The notes under the pieces: generated by a model
What the model saw: the letters and a program-made list of their open reading frames with translations, nothing else
The model's database searches: none
What the model was told of the DNA's origin: nothing
From: the human T2T-CHM13v2.0 reference genome, Homo sapiens
Reading direction: 5' to 3' (one strand)
NCBI RefSeq assembly: GCF_009914755.1
Contig: NC_060937.1
DNA: 64,000 nucleotides
Position numbers and translations under genes: made by a program
In this document: positions 1 to 14,937 of the stretch, piece by piece
Layout: every line of letters starts with the position of its first letter
Position numbering within the stretch: position 1 is the first letter of the stretch

Positions 1-365
1 GTCTCTAAAGGGATGAAGCTGTGTACACTTTTAGATCGTTTCGGAAGTGGTTAAAACAGCATCCTGTAGATGATTTTATGATCAATCAAGTATTCATTTA
101 TGCTTTTCTCTTAAGCATCTTTAGTGACTGAGCCCATAAGGCAAGAGTTCATAGTCAGACAAAATGCACTTCATGTTACAAAACAATTTTTTTAAACAAG
201 TGATAGAACTTGTTCTTAAGGGCTTAAAAATGCAATTTACAAGTATTTTCTTCCACTTTGGGGTTGTTCTGAAGTAATTTACTGTGCAGCATGATATTCA
301 ATTTGTCTTCAATATGCTGATAAATTATCTATAAATCTGTCTTTGTTTTGCTTGTAATCTCTTAC

Positions 366-780
366 AGAGCTGTGTCAGCAAAGGGCATCCTTTGCATTTC
401 TGACCCTTTTGTGTTAAAAAAGAAAAATGAAAAAATCCATCTAGCTCTAGAAACAAAAGATTTCATCTCCAGCTTTTCACCATCACCATTTTCCTAACCC
501 ACAGGAACCTATTTTGTTGGATGGTTGGTCCCTTGACAATGAGACCCCACTTGAAATAACCTGAAAAGGCTAGAGATCCTCTTCACCCACTTTCTGTGTG
601 GGCCATTACACAAGCCCTCATGCTTCCCAGAGATGTCAGAGCCCCAGCCGGTGTGAAATGGTGATGCTGTCAGTCAGCAGGAAAATTTTTTGCTTCGGAA
701 AAACCTCTCTCTCCGAGCTTCCTCTGTGCCGCACCTCCAGCTGCCTCGGTGCACCATGTCAGGGTGCTAAAATAGCTCAG
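366..780 (-). promoter_or_regulatory. Candidate internal promoter/enhancer and possible alternative first exon (minus strand)
   Basis: Repeat-free, locally GC-richer stretch with several retained CpGs. It contains E-box CAGCTG (738-743), a MEF2/TATA-like CTAAAATAG (767-775) and a TGACTTCA motif. A minus-strand donor CT|gtaag lies at 366/365, preceded by the open frame MKSFVSRARWIFSFFFFNTKGSEMQRMPFADTA(L). Confidence 0.25.
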
Positions 781-2559
781 GCTTGATGACTTCACTAGTT
801 CTCACAAACAGGCCAGTTGGCAGAACTCTAATGCAGTCTGCTCCTGAGTGGAAGACATTTTTTTTTCTCCCCACCATCCTCTAATATGAATACTTAGTTT
901 CATTTTGACTCTGGAAGAAGTCTCCTTTCTGGGAGTCAATTCAGCACAAACTTAATGCAAACGTTTCAAAATGCTTTAAGGAGGCTTGAACTAAAGAGCT
1001 ACCCTAAAGCCAATACCATGCATTCAGACTGCACTATTATTTCCTATGCTAACCTTCAAGGACATCAAAACTGCTAGGTAAATTAACCTTATTTAACAAC
1101 CTTCATATTTCATTTATCTTAGGGCCAAATATCTTCCTCAAGAATAGTATTAATAACTGATAATCAGCCAAGATTTTAATGTCTTATTTCTCAGGTTTAC
1201 TCCTTTCCCACAAGTAAGGAGGTCAACAGAAAATATCAAAGTAAAAATTAACTACCACTACATGTACTCAGCATAAAATGACAGGGGGCCTTTAAAGGCA
1301 ATGTCCTGTAATCACAGCAAACTTTAGTGATTAATACTCAAATAGATTTGAAATTTTTTTTACAGTATAAGGTACTCATGCACTAAAAAAGGTGTTCTGT
1401 ATTAGACTACCAAATTTTATTTTAGTATTTATAATTTTCCCTTATAGTTTTTCACTTCCTTTTGTAATTACCACATACTAGCAAAAAAATACTGCAAGAA
1501 AACTAGAACTTTCTGATGTTCCAGTTTCCTAATTCAGTGCTGTGCCCAAGCTGCCCTTTGATTCCAAAAGACAGCATTTAGATTAACTGCTTCAGTGCCC
1601 TGTGGACACAAAATTTATGCCCAAAGAAGAAGCTTCCATATGATTCTATAGACATGAGCTAATAAAATAATTTGGTTCACTGGTTTAAGATGGTTCCTCT
1701 AAAAGGGGTGCAATCCCTGTCCCCAAAAGAGGAAAAAAATCACAAACATTCTATTCCCAGCACCCCTCAGTTCCTCTCACTATCTGTCCATTACAAACAG
1801 CATCTAAATACCACTGCCATCTTGCAATGGTGATGATGGAAAACCACCCCTCTCCATCACCAAGAAAAACATCACAGGGATTCTCAGAGAACACATAGGC
1901 TCATATATAACTGTATATTTTTAAAATGCATTTTACCATACAATGATTTGTTCATTCCATAAACATTTGCCTAGTACCTTGCATGTAGCAGGTATTACAT
2001 ATGATTTTCTACAGGCATGAACAGTGCCTTCGTGGATTTCACTCACTCAATATTTAGTTAAGTATTATAAAGTCACATAACTTTAGCAAAATGAGACATG
2101 GGTGGCTGCAATCGTTTTGTTTATGTTAATCCAGTGACTTACAAAATTTGGTGTTGATGATACATCCAAAGAAGCATTGGAGTCCAGAATTATAATAACC
2201 AGGGACATTTTGGACATAGTCCAGAGACATGACCCTGAAATTAAGAGTTATCATGTCTCTCTGCTGTAGAGGCTAATAAACAAAGACACAATGGAGATTC
2301 TGAATGCTGAAAGGTCAATTATAAATGTCATTACAGACACAATAATTCACAGAGGAATGAAATAGGCTGAGTAGTTTGTGATGCTGACTGTACTAACCAT
2401 CAAATTTTAGACCATAAAGGACCTTAGATCTAAAAATCTCACACTGTACTAATGATGTCTAGAAAGTCTGTGTGATTTGTACAAAGTCACAAAGTCACAC
2501 AGGTACTAAGTTATCTCAGAATCAATGTTAGTTTTATTCATCCTGCATTCTTCCCATCA

Positions 2560-2960
2560 TACTACTCTAAGTCTGATTCACACACACTCATGTATACGTT
2601 ATTCTACTGTTTTTGACTCATACACAAATATACATGTACACACATACACATACTTGTCTGCCCAATTCAAACAAAAACACACACTTCAGTACTCTGCTTC
2701 TGATTCATATATACATAGACACAAACATTATACTCCCATATCCTGATTCATATACACATACATTCCACTATCCTCCATCTGCTTCATACACACATTTTAC
2801 TGATTCATACATACAATCTGCATATATGTATATTACTCTGTATCTGATTCTTACACACACACACACACACACACACATATGTATATATATATATATACAC
2901 ACTGTATACTACTCTGTATCTAATTCATATGCACATACATATTGGCATGTATATACACAC
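2560..2960. repeat. Degenerate CA/TA-rich minisatellite-like low-complexity array
   Basis: About 9 recurrences of a tactctg..ctgattca-like motif, each followed by (CA)/(TA) tracts; pure (CA)n(TA)n at about 2853-2900. Confidence 0.75.
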
Positions 2961-4016
2961 TGAAATTTAAAACAGCAAATCATGGTCATATTCAAAACAC
3001 ATATATTTTAAAGTGAGAAATTCAGGTGTGAGCCAGACACTTGTGTAACTATGTCAAAGTTACTATAACTTATACAATGAAGTAATTTATCTGGATCTTC
3101 ATTTACCTCTATAAGAGTCCCCAAAGAATTGAAAGAAATAAGACCTATCATGATGCAGAAATTCAGTGAACCCATAGGCATCCATCTACATGAAAATTTT
3201 TGTCAGGTCAAGGATGAGAATATGAGTGTTTGTGTGTTGTACTGTTTTCTGTAATATGGGATAGAGAAGTGGATATACACAGAATCCAGGGACAGAGGAT
3301 CATATTCTGTGTCCTTGCTCCAGGATAAATTCCCAGTTTCTGAGCCCATGAAGCAGTGTAGGAGTGACGTGAGGGAAGTGCATGAGCAACGTGGCTTGGG
3401 ACCGCAACTACAAAGTGTGACCTGAGGAACATCCTCCCCTCTCCTCAAGGGCTGGCAACGTAGAGGGCTCTGAACGATCTCTCTAGACATGTGACATGAG
3501 GATTCTAACTGGAGTTAGAATCTCAATGATGAGCCCCTCACAGAGGTTTTATGAAGAAGGGGAGCAAGCAGTAGACAGAGATGGAGAAGACTCTTCAGGG
3601 TAACTAGCTGATACAGTAATTCACATGTACATAGAAGACATTCCTGGGGACGCGGACATAAAAAGATTAGGGAGACTTTATGGAGGCTAGAGGTCCTGCA
3701 GGAGCAGGGAGGTGCATAAACAGAAAATGTGGATTGTTGTGGATTATATGCTCCATCCACATCCACAGGTCAGTAAGGCCCGTGGACCTGCAGGCAACAC
3801 TGAGAAGACAAGACTATGAAGAGGAAATATGGAACCCAACATCTGTGGGATTCAGACTGTACGATGTTATTCTCAAAAAGTCGACTGAAGCAGATGGTGA
3901 ATATTATGAACACTTGTTTTCTTAAGCTACTTGCTCTAAAAGTCCAGCACACTTTTCTTTATCCATAGTTTTTCTTCATTATTAAATATATCCATTACCA
4001 ACTCGTAAATACATTA

Positions 4017-4268
<252 letters not shown>

Positions 4269-5593
4269 CAAACAATGAGGAACTGCTTTTATGAGCCCTT
4301 TAGATAAATTATAGTTTTAATTAAAATATAAAAATAAAACACCAAGAATAATCATGGTGATGTTATATGTGAATATATATCTCTTCCTGGATTTTGCTTA
4401 ACATTTAAATATCAAAGATAGCTGTCTTTGATAGTCCTCCCAAACTGGGCAGCACCATCACTCTGGCCTTCGAAGGGAGCTATAAAGCTCACTAGTAGTC
4501 AACTCTTAAAAATGGGGCATTATTCCTAAAAAGGAAATATACAGCTTTAAGCAAATAAACAATAGGTACTTTGAAGACCATTTTAAAGAACTTACCCATA
4601 GCCCAAGATAAACATCTGCTAAGGATCAAAAAGATCAGGCCCTGGGCAGGGGCTTGGGGACAGTGTGGACAGGGACACACATAGCTAACTGCTTTTCAAA
4701 AATTGGAAAATTAAAGCCCTCCTACCAAGGATTACAAGAAAACCCTCAAAGTTTAGCAGGTCAAGTACAAACTAATAATCAGGCCTGCCAAGAAAGAATT
4801 TGAACAACCTTGCAAAGTATTCCAAAGAAAATAAAAAATGTTGCTTAACAAGATACAACCCTTGAAAATGAAGTGAGATTTTCTGCAAAGCATGTACATC
4901 AGATGAAAAAGAGTCTGTATATGAAATTGAATACCTTTGTCCTTGGTCTCTATGAAGTATTAAAAATATTGTAAATACTAAGTTATCTTTGGAAACAGAT
5001 TGCAGGAACTAAATCAAACAATTACCAACTTAAGGAAGAGTCTAAACCTAATTATTACATTAGATATAACAAAAGCAAAGACCTGTTTGGCATTATCACA
5101 GTGTTAAAAACTCAAGAGGAAATGTGTAAATTGTTGGCACAGATGTAAAACCTGAATTACAACTAATCACTATATAGAAGGATGCAGTTGCTAATCAGGT
5201 ACCTATCCACAAAATGTTCAAAATAAAGGCCTTTCAAGTATTGAAGAAACTACATATTGAAGAAAAAAACCACAGGAATTAATGATGTGATATGATTGAG
5301 CACTCACTCTACTTGGTAGCAATCAACAGACAGTAACCAACCAAAGAATAGTTTTAGTTTTAAAAATTACATTTTGCCATGGTGAAAGCAGTGGATAAAT
5401 GACAGAGAAACAGATATATAAGCATGCACACTTCCAGGAGACAGGTGCTCAAAATGGTCTTATTTAACATTTTTATAAATGATGTCAGGGAAGGGGTATA
5501 CAGGAAAGTAGGCAAGTTTGTATTAAGCTCTTCTAGTTACCAAAATGCCATGTAACAGAGATAAAACATCCTTTTAGCAGCAATCTGATAAAT

Positions 5594-6605
<1,012 letters not shown>

Positions 6606-6624
6606 CTTACTTCTGTCAAGGCTC

Positions 6625-7960
6625 CTGTGTATTTATTGTCATGTCTTCTATGTGCCAGGGACTGTGACAGCTGCTGTGAATACAAAAGAGACTAAGGTTT
6701 TAGCCCTCCAAGTGGTCAAATGTAATGGGATAGACAGACATGCTAACAAACAGTAGCTATTCATCATACTAAGCATTGTAAGCAAAGGTGACCCCTGAAT
6801 TACACAGGTTTGAACTGCCTGAGTCAACTTACATGTGGCTCTTTTTCCCCAACCAAACACAAATGAAAAATATAGTACTAGAGGGAAGTGAAGCTCTATA
6901 TATGGAGGGCTGACTTTTCCTATAGGTGGTTCCACAGGGCAGGACTTGACTATGCACCGATCCTGGAACAAATCCCCCGCGAATATGAATGGACACTGGA
7001 AAAGATTCTGTTAAGCATGGAAAAGAAAATAAGTCTGGAGAGAGTAGAGTTGATGGTGGTGAGGCCTGCAGAGTGAGTTATGGTGACACAGATGAGGTAC
7101 GAAGGCACATTCTGACAGATCATACGTGCAAAAGCATGGAGCAACACCACAGGTCCAGGTACTAAACATCCCAAATAGTGGAGAGGTTGGAAAGGCTGGG
7201 TAGAAACAAGACCAGGAGGACAATGTTATTTGAGTTTTAGACCATAAATTATGGGGAATCATATATTTTAAACAAAAGAGTGACACAATCAGACATATTT
7301 TAGCATAGTATCTTTTCCAACAGTTTAGAAAATGAACACAGGTAACAGAGGCAGAAAATAGGAGATTACAAAAATAGTCCAATAAAAAAATAGAAGAAGA
7401 ATATTAAGAAAGGTATATCAGCATGACTTGGTGACTCACGAGACGTGAAAAGAGTGAAGGATAATACTGACTTAAAAATGGTTCCTAGGTTTAGGAATGT
7501 CGCATCTGGTGGTCAAAGATTCATTAATAAAAATAGGAAATGAAGGCATTTTAAAGCAACAGATAAAGAACAAAGTTGTGAACATGATGAGTTTGAAATG
7601 CTATATATCCAAGAAAGAGATGACAAATATGAAGCTGGCCCTCACCAGCTAGTGCTCAAGAGAGGTGAAGAGATCTATTTAAGGACTCATTACTCTATGG
7701 GTAGAATTTGAAGCCGCAGAAATAAATGGGCACATGATGTAAGGGCAAATAGAGAAACGAGGAAGACAGATGAAACTCTTTCAAATGCCAAATTTAGAGA
7801 CAAGAAGGAGAGGAGACCCATCCACAAGACTACAAAGCGACAGGAAGCAGCAGCAGCATAGGAATGACATGAGAGCCAAGAGAAGAAAATTAAAGCAGGA
7901 AGTAATCAACCACATCAAATGCAAAAGCGAAGTCAAAGAAGATAACTCATGAAACCACTG
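6625..7960 (-). mobile_element. L2 LINE relic (3' portion), interrupted by MER8
   Basis: atttattg..ctatgtgccaggg is the reverse complement of the L2 3' end, followed by typical purine-rich L2 antisense sequence. Confidence 0.65.
6785..6998. mobile_element. MER8 (TcMar-Tigger MITE)
   Basis: tgacccctgaa..ggtttgaactg..aaccaaacac..ggagggctgacttttc..tcctggaacaaatcccccgc..actg. Confidence 0.8.
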
Positions 7961-9061
7961 TGCTTAGCAGGTAAACGACCACTAGCCAAGACAGAGCTTC
8001 GCAGCAGGTGTGTACACTCAGGCACCTTGAGTTGGAGATAGAATGGACTATGAAGTGGGGACAAGCTCTTAAGAAGCTCTCCTTCAGCCAAGGGCCAAAG
8101 AGGGCAAGAGTCTTTTCTAGAGGATGAAAACAGAGGAATATGGGGTTTTGTTTGTTTGTTTGTTTTTTCAAGATACAACTTTAGAGACTGGACCCTGCCA
8201 GCAACAGCCACCATCCAAAACAACTCACCTTCCGCAGAGTGAGGGGAAGGATGGAAGAGGACTAGGCAGGGATAGGCCCACTAATTGGTCATGAAGAAGC
8301 TGATAAGAGTTCTTGACTTACAGAGATCTACTGTCTTGGTGAAGCAGATACTAATCTATGAGAGTGAGAATGGCATTGTTAAGGCAGCAGGAATGAGAAG
8401 GGCAATGAAGTTTTAAAGCTCCCTGGGTGGGCAATGCAGCAGACCTTCTGAGACTCTGGGGTTGGGTCTGTAACATTTCCCTTATAGATAAGTAAAAGAT
8501 ATTTCATGAGGAAAAAAAAATAATTGATTGAAGTTTGTGGGAACATGGATGGCAGTTGTGAATAAACAGGAAGTGGGTCCAACAGTCACTATGAACAACT
8601 TATAGAAGACAGCTCTCTAATACTGTTAACACAACACAAATATCAACAAAATATAAGCATTACCAAATAGAACTCAAAACAAAAATTACCTTTACAGAAC
8701 TGTGATGCTCTTCATAATGTTAACCACCACACCCTAATAAGTAATGCATGTTAAAGATGACAACTACTTACACTTTATTCATCATGAGAATGGAGAGTAC
8801 TATATAAAAATAATATGGAGTTTCAGTCTAGAAACATAAACTAAATAATCTATGGAATCCTAGTTGCCAAGAATTTTATAACACCATTTGTCCATCTCAT
8901 CCTGGCAACAGTACACACAGGAGTATTTTATTAAAACCTGAGACAAATACAAATAATATAAAGAAAATGAATCAATTGCTATTTCATATGGCAGGTGTTA
9001 AACCTATAATCCGCAAGACTAAAATTTTTTAAAACTTCATCAAGTTTTAAGAAATGACTGG

Positions 9062-9413
<352 letters not shown>

Positions 9414-10016
9414 TTAAAGAAATTAAGATACGAGTGAACTACGTTAAAGAGGCAACCCCATCATGAAGCTACAGGGGAGAAAACTGATTGGTCATGGGTC
9501 TGACTGTGTATGGTGATTTCTTATTTTAAATCAATACCAATGGGAAAGAATGAACAATTCTCCACATATTAACAGAAGAGTGTTAGTGTAATGTAATGAA
9601 TAGCATCTTCTAAATTTTCCTCCCCAACCCCCCCACCTGAACAACTGGACAATCTACCGCAGAAACTTACATCATACTATATAGAATACTGGGGTAGTAT
9701 CCAAACCTCCTTATGAACCTCCAAGTTCTCTCTACAAAAGAAATTTTAACTAGAAATGCAAATTTACCTGGAAATAGATGAAGGCAGATCAATGCCATTT
9801 GGCTTCACTTCAAATTATATTCTACCTTTATTACAACTCAAGTGATTATATATTATCATACATTTCTTTTGTACCTATTAGCACTTAATGGAGTGTCTGG
9901 AATATGGTACATGCTCATTAAAAAGAAATATGAAAATATGATAATGAAAAATGCATGAATTCTTATCAACTCCTAAATGTCTACTATTTCCAAGATCTTT
10001 TTAAGAATTAAGAAAT

Positions 10017-10019
<3 letters not shown>

Positions 10020-10053
<34 letters not shown>
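10020..10053. repeat. (AT)n microsatellite
   Basis: About 16 perfect AT units. Confidence 0.97.
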
Positions 10054-10059
<6 letters not shown>

Positions 10060-10085
10060 TATCTACAAGAAACTAAACAACGTTA

Positions 10086-10390
<305 letters not shown>

Positions 10391-10519
10391 AATAGCACAC
10401 AATGACTACAATGTAAGCTACAATTTTTGAAACTCTCCTTTCTTAAATAACCCAGCATCTGTGTTGTCACACTCCTCAGACACTGCTGAAGGTTGTCAAG
10501 AAGTAGCTAATATGACCAT

Positions 10520-10881
10520 TGATATGGTTTTGCTGTGTCCCCACCCAAATCTCATCTTGCACTATAGTTCCCATGATCCCCACATGTCATGGGAGGGACC
10601 CGGTGGGATGTAATTGAATCATGGCGGTGGGTTCTTCCCACGCTGTTCTCATGATTGTGAGTGTCTCATGAGATTTAATGGTTTTATAAGGGCAGTTCCC
10701 CTGCAGATGCTCTCCTGCCTGCTGCCACGTTAAGACGTGTCTTTGCTCCTCCTTTGCCTTCTGCCATGATCGTGAGGCCGCCCGAGCCATGTAGAACTGT
10801 GAGTCCACTAAACCTCTTTTTCTTTACAGATTACCAAGTCTTGGGTACTTCTTCATAGCAGTATTAAAATGGACTAATACA
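10520..10881 (+). mobile_element. THE1 (THE1B/C-like) solo LTR, ERVL-MaLR
   Basis: tgatatggttt..tgtgtccccacccaaatctcatcttg ... ggactaataca; 5-bp TSD accat/gccat. Confidence 0.95.
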
Positions 10882-12202
10882 GCCATCTATTTGACTGATT
10901 TTTTTTTCTTTTTTGCTCAGGAATTCTGATCACATGATTTTAAAATACAAGATTTTTTAAAAAATCAGTTATTTGCCATAGATTGAGGGTAGGACAGTGG
11001 AATCACATGCAGTAATGTTGACCTTTGTACTTCCGTAAATCTCTCTAAGACTTTTTTGAGGCATAGGAAGTTCTAAATCCTGCTCAATGCTGCTTAAGGA
11101 AATGCTTTGTTCAGGCTGTTTTTAGAGAAAACAGTCAATAACTATGCTTGTTTCTTTGAGTTCAGCTGCACCAGCTGCTGACTTAATGACACTGAAATTA
11201 GGAAGTTTTGTTCTAGTGGTGGCCACACAGAAGCTCCATTGGTATACCCAAAGGGTTACCAAACAAAATATTTTTTAAACAGGCACACACCAACACACAT
11301 GTCCACAAAATACACTATTTGCAAAATGGAATAAGGAGTCAAATGGCCCAAATACAAAGTATAAGGATTGAGGGGGGAATGCAGTGTGAGGGAAGAACCC
11401 CAAAGACTAAACTCCAATCACTTCATTTACAAAACAAAAGCTGAATTTACTTTTGAAAATATTTTCCTAAGAGCACGGGGCATGCTATGTCTCTAGTTAT
11501 CATTATGCATGGTCGCATACATAAATTTAATAATGCCAATAGTAACAGCAAAGACTCAAACAGAAGGAATGCCTTGTTAATAAGCTTTGCAATCTTTCTT
11601 GCCCCATTTTATATTTTCAATAGAAGCACTGCAGAAATATACATAACCCAGCAATCTATACCTGTTTACTCTTATTTAGAAGACATTTTCTATAGGCTGA
11701 GAGGCTGGAAAGCTAGAAATAACCAAGTAAAAGAATCACTGATTAAAAAGCAATGTAAAACACTGTCCCTTCTGCTACTGTTTTCTCATTCGAGAGAGAG
11801 AGAGAGTGTGTGTGTGTGTACGCATGCACAGATGCATGTGCACATTTTGCTACTCTGAAGCACTCTTTTTCGGTATGTCAAGTCAACTCTAAAACATCCA
11901 AGCAACTCTAGGGAAGTACAGGAGGGATGAACAAACCCAGTGAGCTCTGATAAACTGGTACAGGAAGACAGCATGTGTCCTCTTGCTCCCAGAGAAGGAA
12001 ATCTGCCAAGAGGCCAAACAGGGTTCTAAAACCTGCAGAAGGTCTCCTGGGACAGCCTTCTCTAACTTAAAACCCACCAAAATATCCATTTTCCCTATCA
12101 TCTAACTGGACTCTGATCTTACCCAAAACTCCATAATTCAGTGGATCCCAGGTATCAGGTACCATTCCAATGCTTGGAATGTTCCTGGATATCAATGATT
12201 AG

Positions 12203-12366
12203 GCCCTTATGGCCTAATCACCTCTTAAAGGCCCCACCTCTTAATACCATCACATTGGCCATGAATTTCCTTTTTATTTTTTAACTTTTATCTTAGGTTT
12301 GGGGGTACATGTGAAAGTTTGTTATATAGGTAAACTCATGTCATGGGGGTTTGTTGTACAGATTAT
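12203..12366 (+). repeat. 164-bp local direct copy of 14216-14379 (MST/L1PA junction)
   Basis: Ungapped match with 8 mismatches by eye; includes the junction between two different transposons. Confidence 0.95.
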
Positions 12367-13031
12367 GTACAGATTATGGAGGATTCATGGAGAAGGGATA
12401 CCAAAGTTACCTGTCTTAACCAACTACATCCTGATGGCTTAAGCCTGGCTAAAGCTGGCATGTTCCTGACTAGAAAGGGGAAAAAGACAGACAAATGAGG
12501 AAGTGACAGATAATGCTTGGAATGTTCCTGGATATCAAAAAGGCATAATTTCTACAAAGGAACTGAAGCACACAGCACAGCAGTATGCCAAGAGGGCTCA
12601 GCTGTGATTCTATTCAATTCAACAAATATTTATTAGGCATCTTCTGCCAACTCAAATGTAAGAAGGATTCCAAATTGTATTTATATCCTCAGGATATAAA
12701 ACAGTGCTGGAACAGACAGTAGGCACTTAATAAATGTTGAAGGAAGGAATAAAAGGAAAGGAAGAAAGGGACAAGAAGGAAGGGAAGGAAGGAACGTCTA
12801 CAGAGCAGGAATTTACTAAGCACTGAGGATGTGAAGATAAAAAATATGGCAAATTAGCTTCAAAGGTTCTGGCCAGTGATTTAGTCAGGGTCCTTTTCTC
12901 CATTTTCTAATCTAGCTTTGGTTTAATCAGTCCTTCTTGAAGGATCAGACAGATAAAAGGTAAGCTAGGTTAAAAAAATAATAATAAGCTGCAGGTTTCT
13001 GTTACTAAAATCTGATAGCAAGAATGTAAAG

Positions 13032-13218
13032 CAATGGCTCTCAATCCTGCCACACATCAGAATCATACAGGAAACTTAAATTGGCTAACTATTGACATGT
13101 AGGTCCCATGCCAGATTAAATTACCCATTAAATTACAATCTCTGGGGAGTAGGTAAAGGTACTGGTATTTTTAAATACTCATGTGATTCTAATCTGCATC
13201 AAACATTGAGAACCACTG
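13032..13218. mobile_element. MER5-type hAT-Charlie MITE
   Basis: caatggctctcaa..catcagaatca..tgattctaat..ttgagaaccactg. Confidence 0.7.
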
Positions 13219-13700
13219 ATCATTAAACAATGCTATGTAAAGTTTTCTGCCTATATTCCACTGTGAACTTAATAAGCAAAAACATAAATCTACATTTAAT
13301 AACCACATGTATGTTTATAGCTCCTCCCACAATATAGGAAACTCATACCTTTAAACAAACATCAATGTACTTTGTTTCTCTGACTACACACAAAAAAAGT
13401 GGAAAAACAGTAAGACACTGACATAACAACAACAAAAAGCCATACACACAAGACAGGCATTTTAAACATCTAGTAAAATTTTCCCAGCCCAGCACACCAG
13501 CAGAAAGTGTCTCTAAATGGCTGAGAAATAATTACAGTGTAATTAAAGGTTTTCAAACACAATTCTGACATTAACTTGAAGATTAATTATTTTGTTATAA
13601 TTACCTATACTTTCTTAAAAGCAGCTCTGCTCTTTACAGCCAAAAACTGAAAACAAGCCGGATATCCCTGAATACCACTACTTTAAAAGTAGGTTTTCTT

Positions 13701-13830
13701 ATGTTCTAAAATTAATTGTGGTGATGGTTGCACAACTCTGAATATATTAAGAACTAAAGAACTGTACATTTTAAATAGGGGAATTGTATGGTACATAAAT
13801 TATACCTTGATAAAGCTATTATATTTTTTA
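13701..13830 (+). mobile_element. L1MB-type 3' end fragment
   Basis: atgttctaaaatt..gtggtgatggttgcacaactctgaatata..taaagct. Confidence 0.8.
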
Positions 13831-13899
13831 AAAGAAAATTTTAAAAGGTAGATTTACTTTCTTCACTATATTTAAAATACGACTGTTTTCATAATTGCA

Positions 13900-14937
13900 C
13901 ATCTTAGTGCATTTGTGCTGCTATGATAAAATAACCTAGATTATAAAAACAAAATAACCTAGGTAATTTATAAAGTAGAGAAATTTTTTTCCTCACAATT
14001 CTGGAGGCTGGAAAGTCCAAGATCAAGGGGCTGGAAGGTTTGTCAGACAGGTGAGGGGTGTTCTCTGCTTCCAAGACGGTGCCTTGACCCTGCATTCTTT
14101 GGAGGAAAGGAACACTGTGGTGTTCCCCACACAGTGGAAGGTGGAAGGGCAAAGGAGCTGAAGGCTATGTGAAGCCTCTTTTATAAGGGCCTTAATCCCA
14201 TTCATGAGAGGAGAAGCCCTCATGGCCTAATTACCTCTTAGAGATCCCACCTCTTAATACCATCACATTGGCCATGAATTTCCTTTTTATTTTTTAACTT
14301 TTATCTTAGGTTTGAGGGTACATGTGAAAGTTTGTTATATACGTAAACTCATGTCACGGGGGTTTGTTGTACAGATTATTTCATCACCCAGGTATTAAGC
14401 CCAGCACCCAATAGTTACTCTTTCTGCTCCTCTCCCTCCTCCCACCCTCCACCCTCAAGTCGACCCCAGTGTCTGTTGTTCCCTTCTTTGTGTTCATGTG
14501 TTTTCATCATTTAGCTCCCACTCGTAATTGAGAACCTGTGGTATTTGGTTTTCTGTTCCTGTGTTAGTTTGCTGAGGATCACAGCCTCCAGCTTCATCCA
14601 TGTTCCCACAAAAGACATGATCTCATTCTTTATTATGGCTGCATGGTATTCTGTGGTGTATATGTACCACATTTTCCTTATCCAGTCTGTCACTGATGGA
14701 CATTTAGGTTGATTCCATGTCTTTGCTATTGTGAACAGTGCTGCAATGAACCTAAGTATGCATGTGTCTTTATGGCAGAATAATTTGTATTCCTCTGGGT
14801 ATATATAACCAGTAATCAGATTGCTGGATCGAATGGTAGTTCTGCTTTAGCTCTCTGAAAAATTGCCACACTGCTTTCCCCAATGGTTGAACTAATTTAC
14901 ACTCCCACCAACAAGGGGACACATTCAAACTACAGCA
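13900..14937 (-). mobile_element. MST (MSTB-like) solo LTR, split by an L1PA insertion
   Basis: tcttagt..tttgtgctgctat..ttctggaggctggaaagtccaagatcaag; resumes after the L1 as ggggacacattcaaactacagca. Confidence 0.88.
14281..14912 (-). mobile_element. Older L1PA (approximately PA13-16) 3' end
   Basis: gggtttgttgtacagattatttcatcacccaggtattaagc 3' UTR, plus an ORF2 C-terminal remnant (ORF 14511-14693, WIRKMWYIYTTEYHAAII). Confidence 0.92.

Noticed and set aside
2525-2963. His/Thr/Tyr-rich ORFs
   Set aside because: Product of CA/TA low-complexity sequence.
8690-8733. 44-nt minus-strand segment with acceptor ttattag and donor AAG|gtaatt
   Set aside because: Stops in all three frames; at most a non-coding or cryptic exon, with no other support.
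12169-12538. 27-bp direct repeat as a CRISPR repeat or retrotransposon TSD
   Set aside because: Only two copies, eukaryotic context, no A tail or element between them; better explained as part of the templated insertion.
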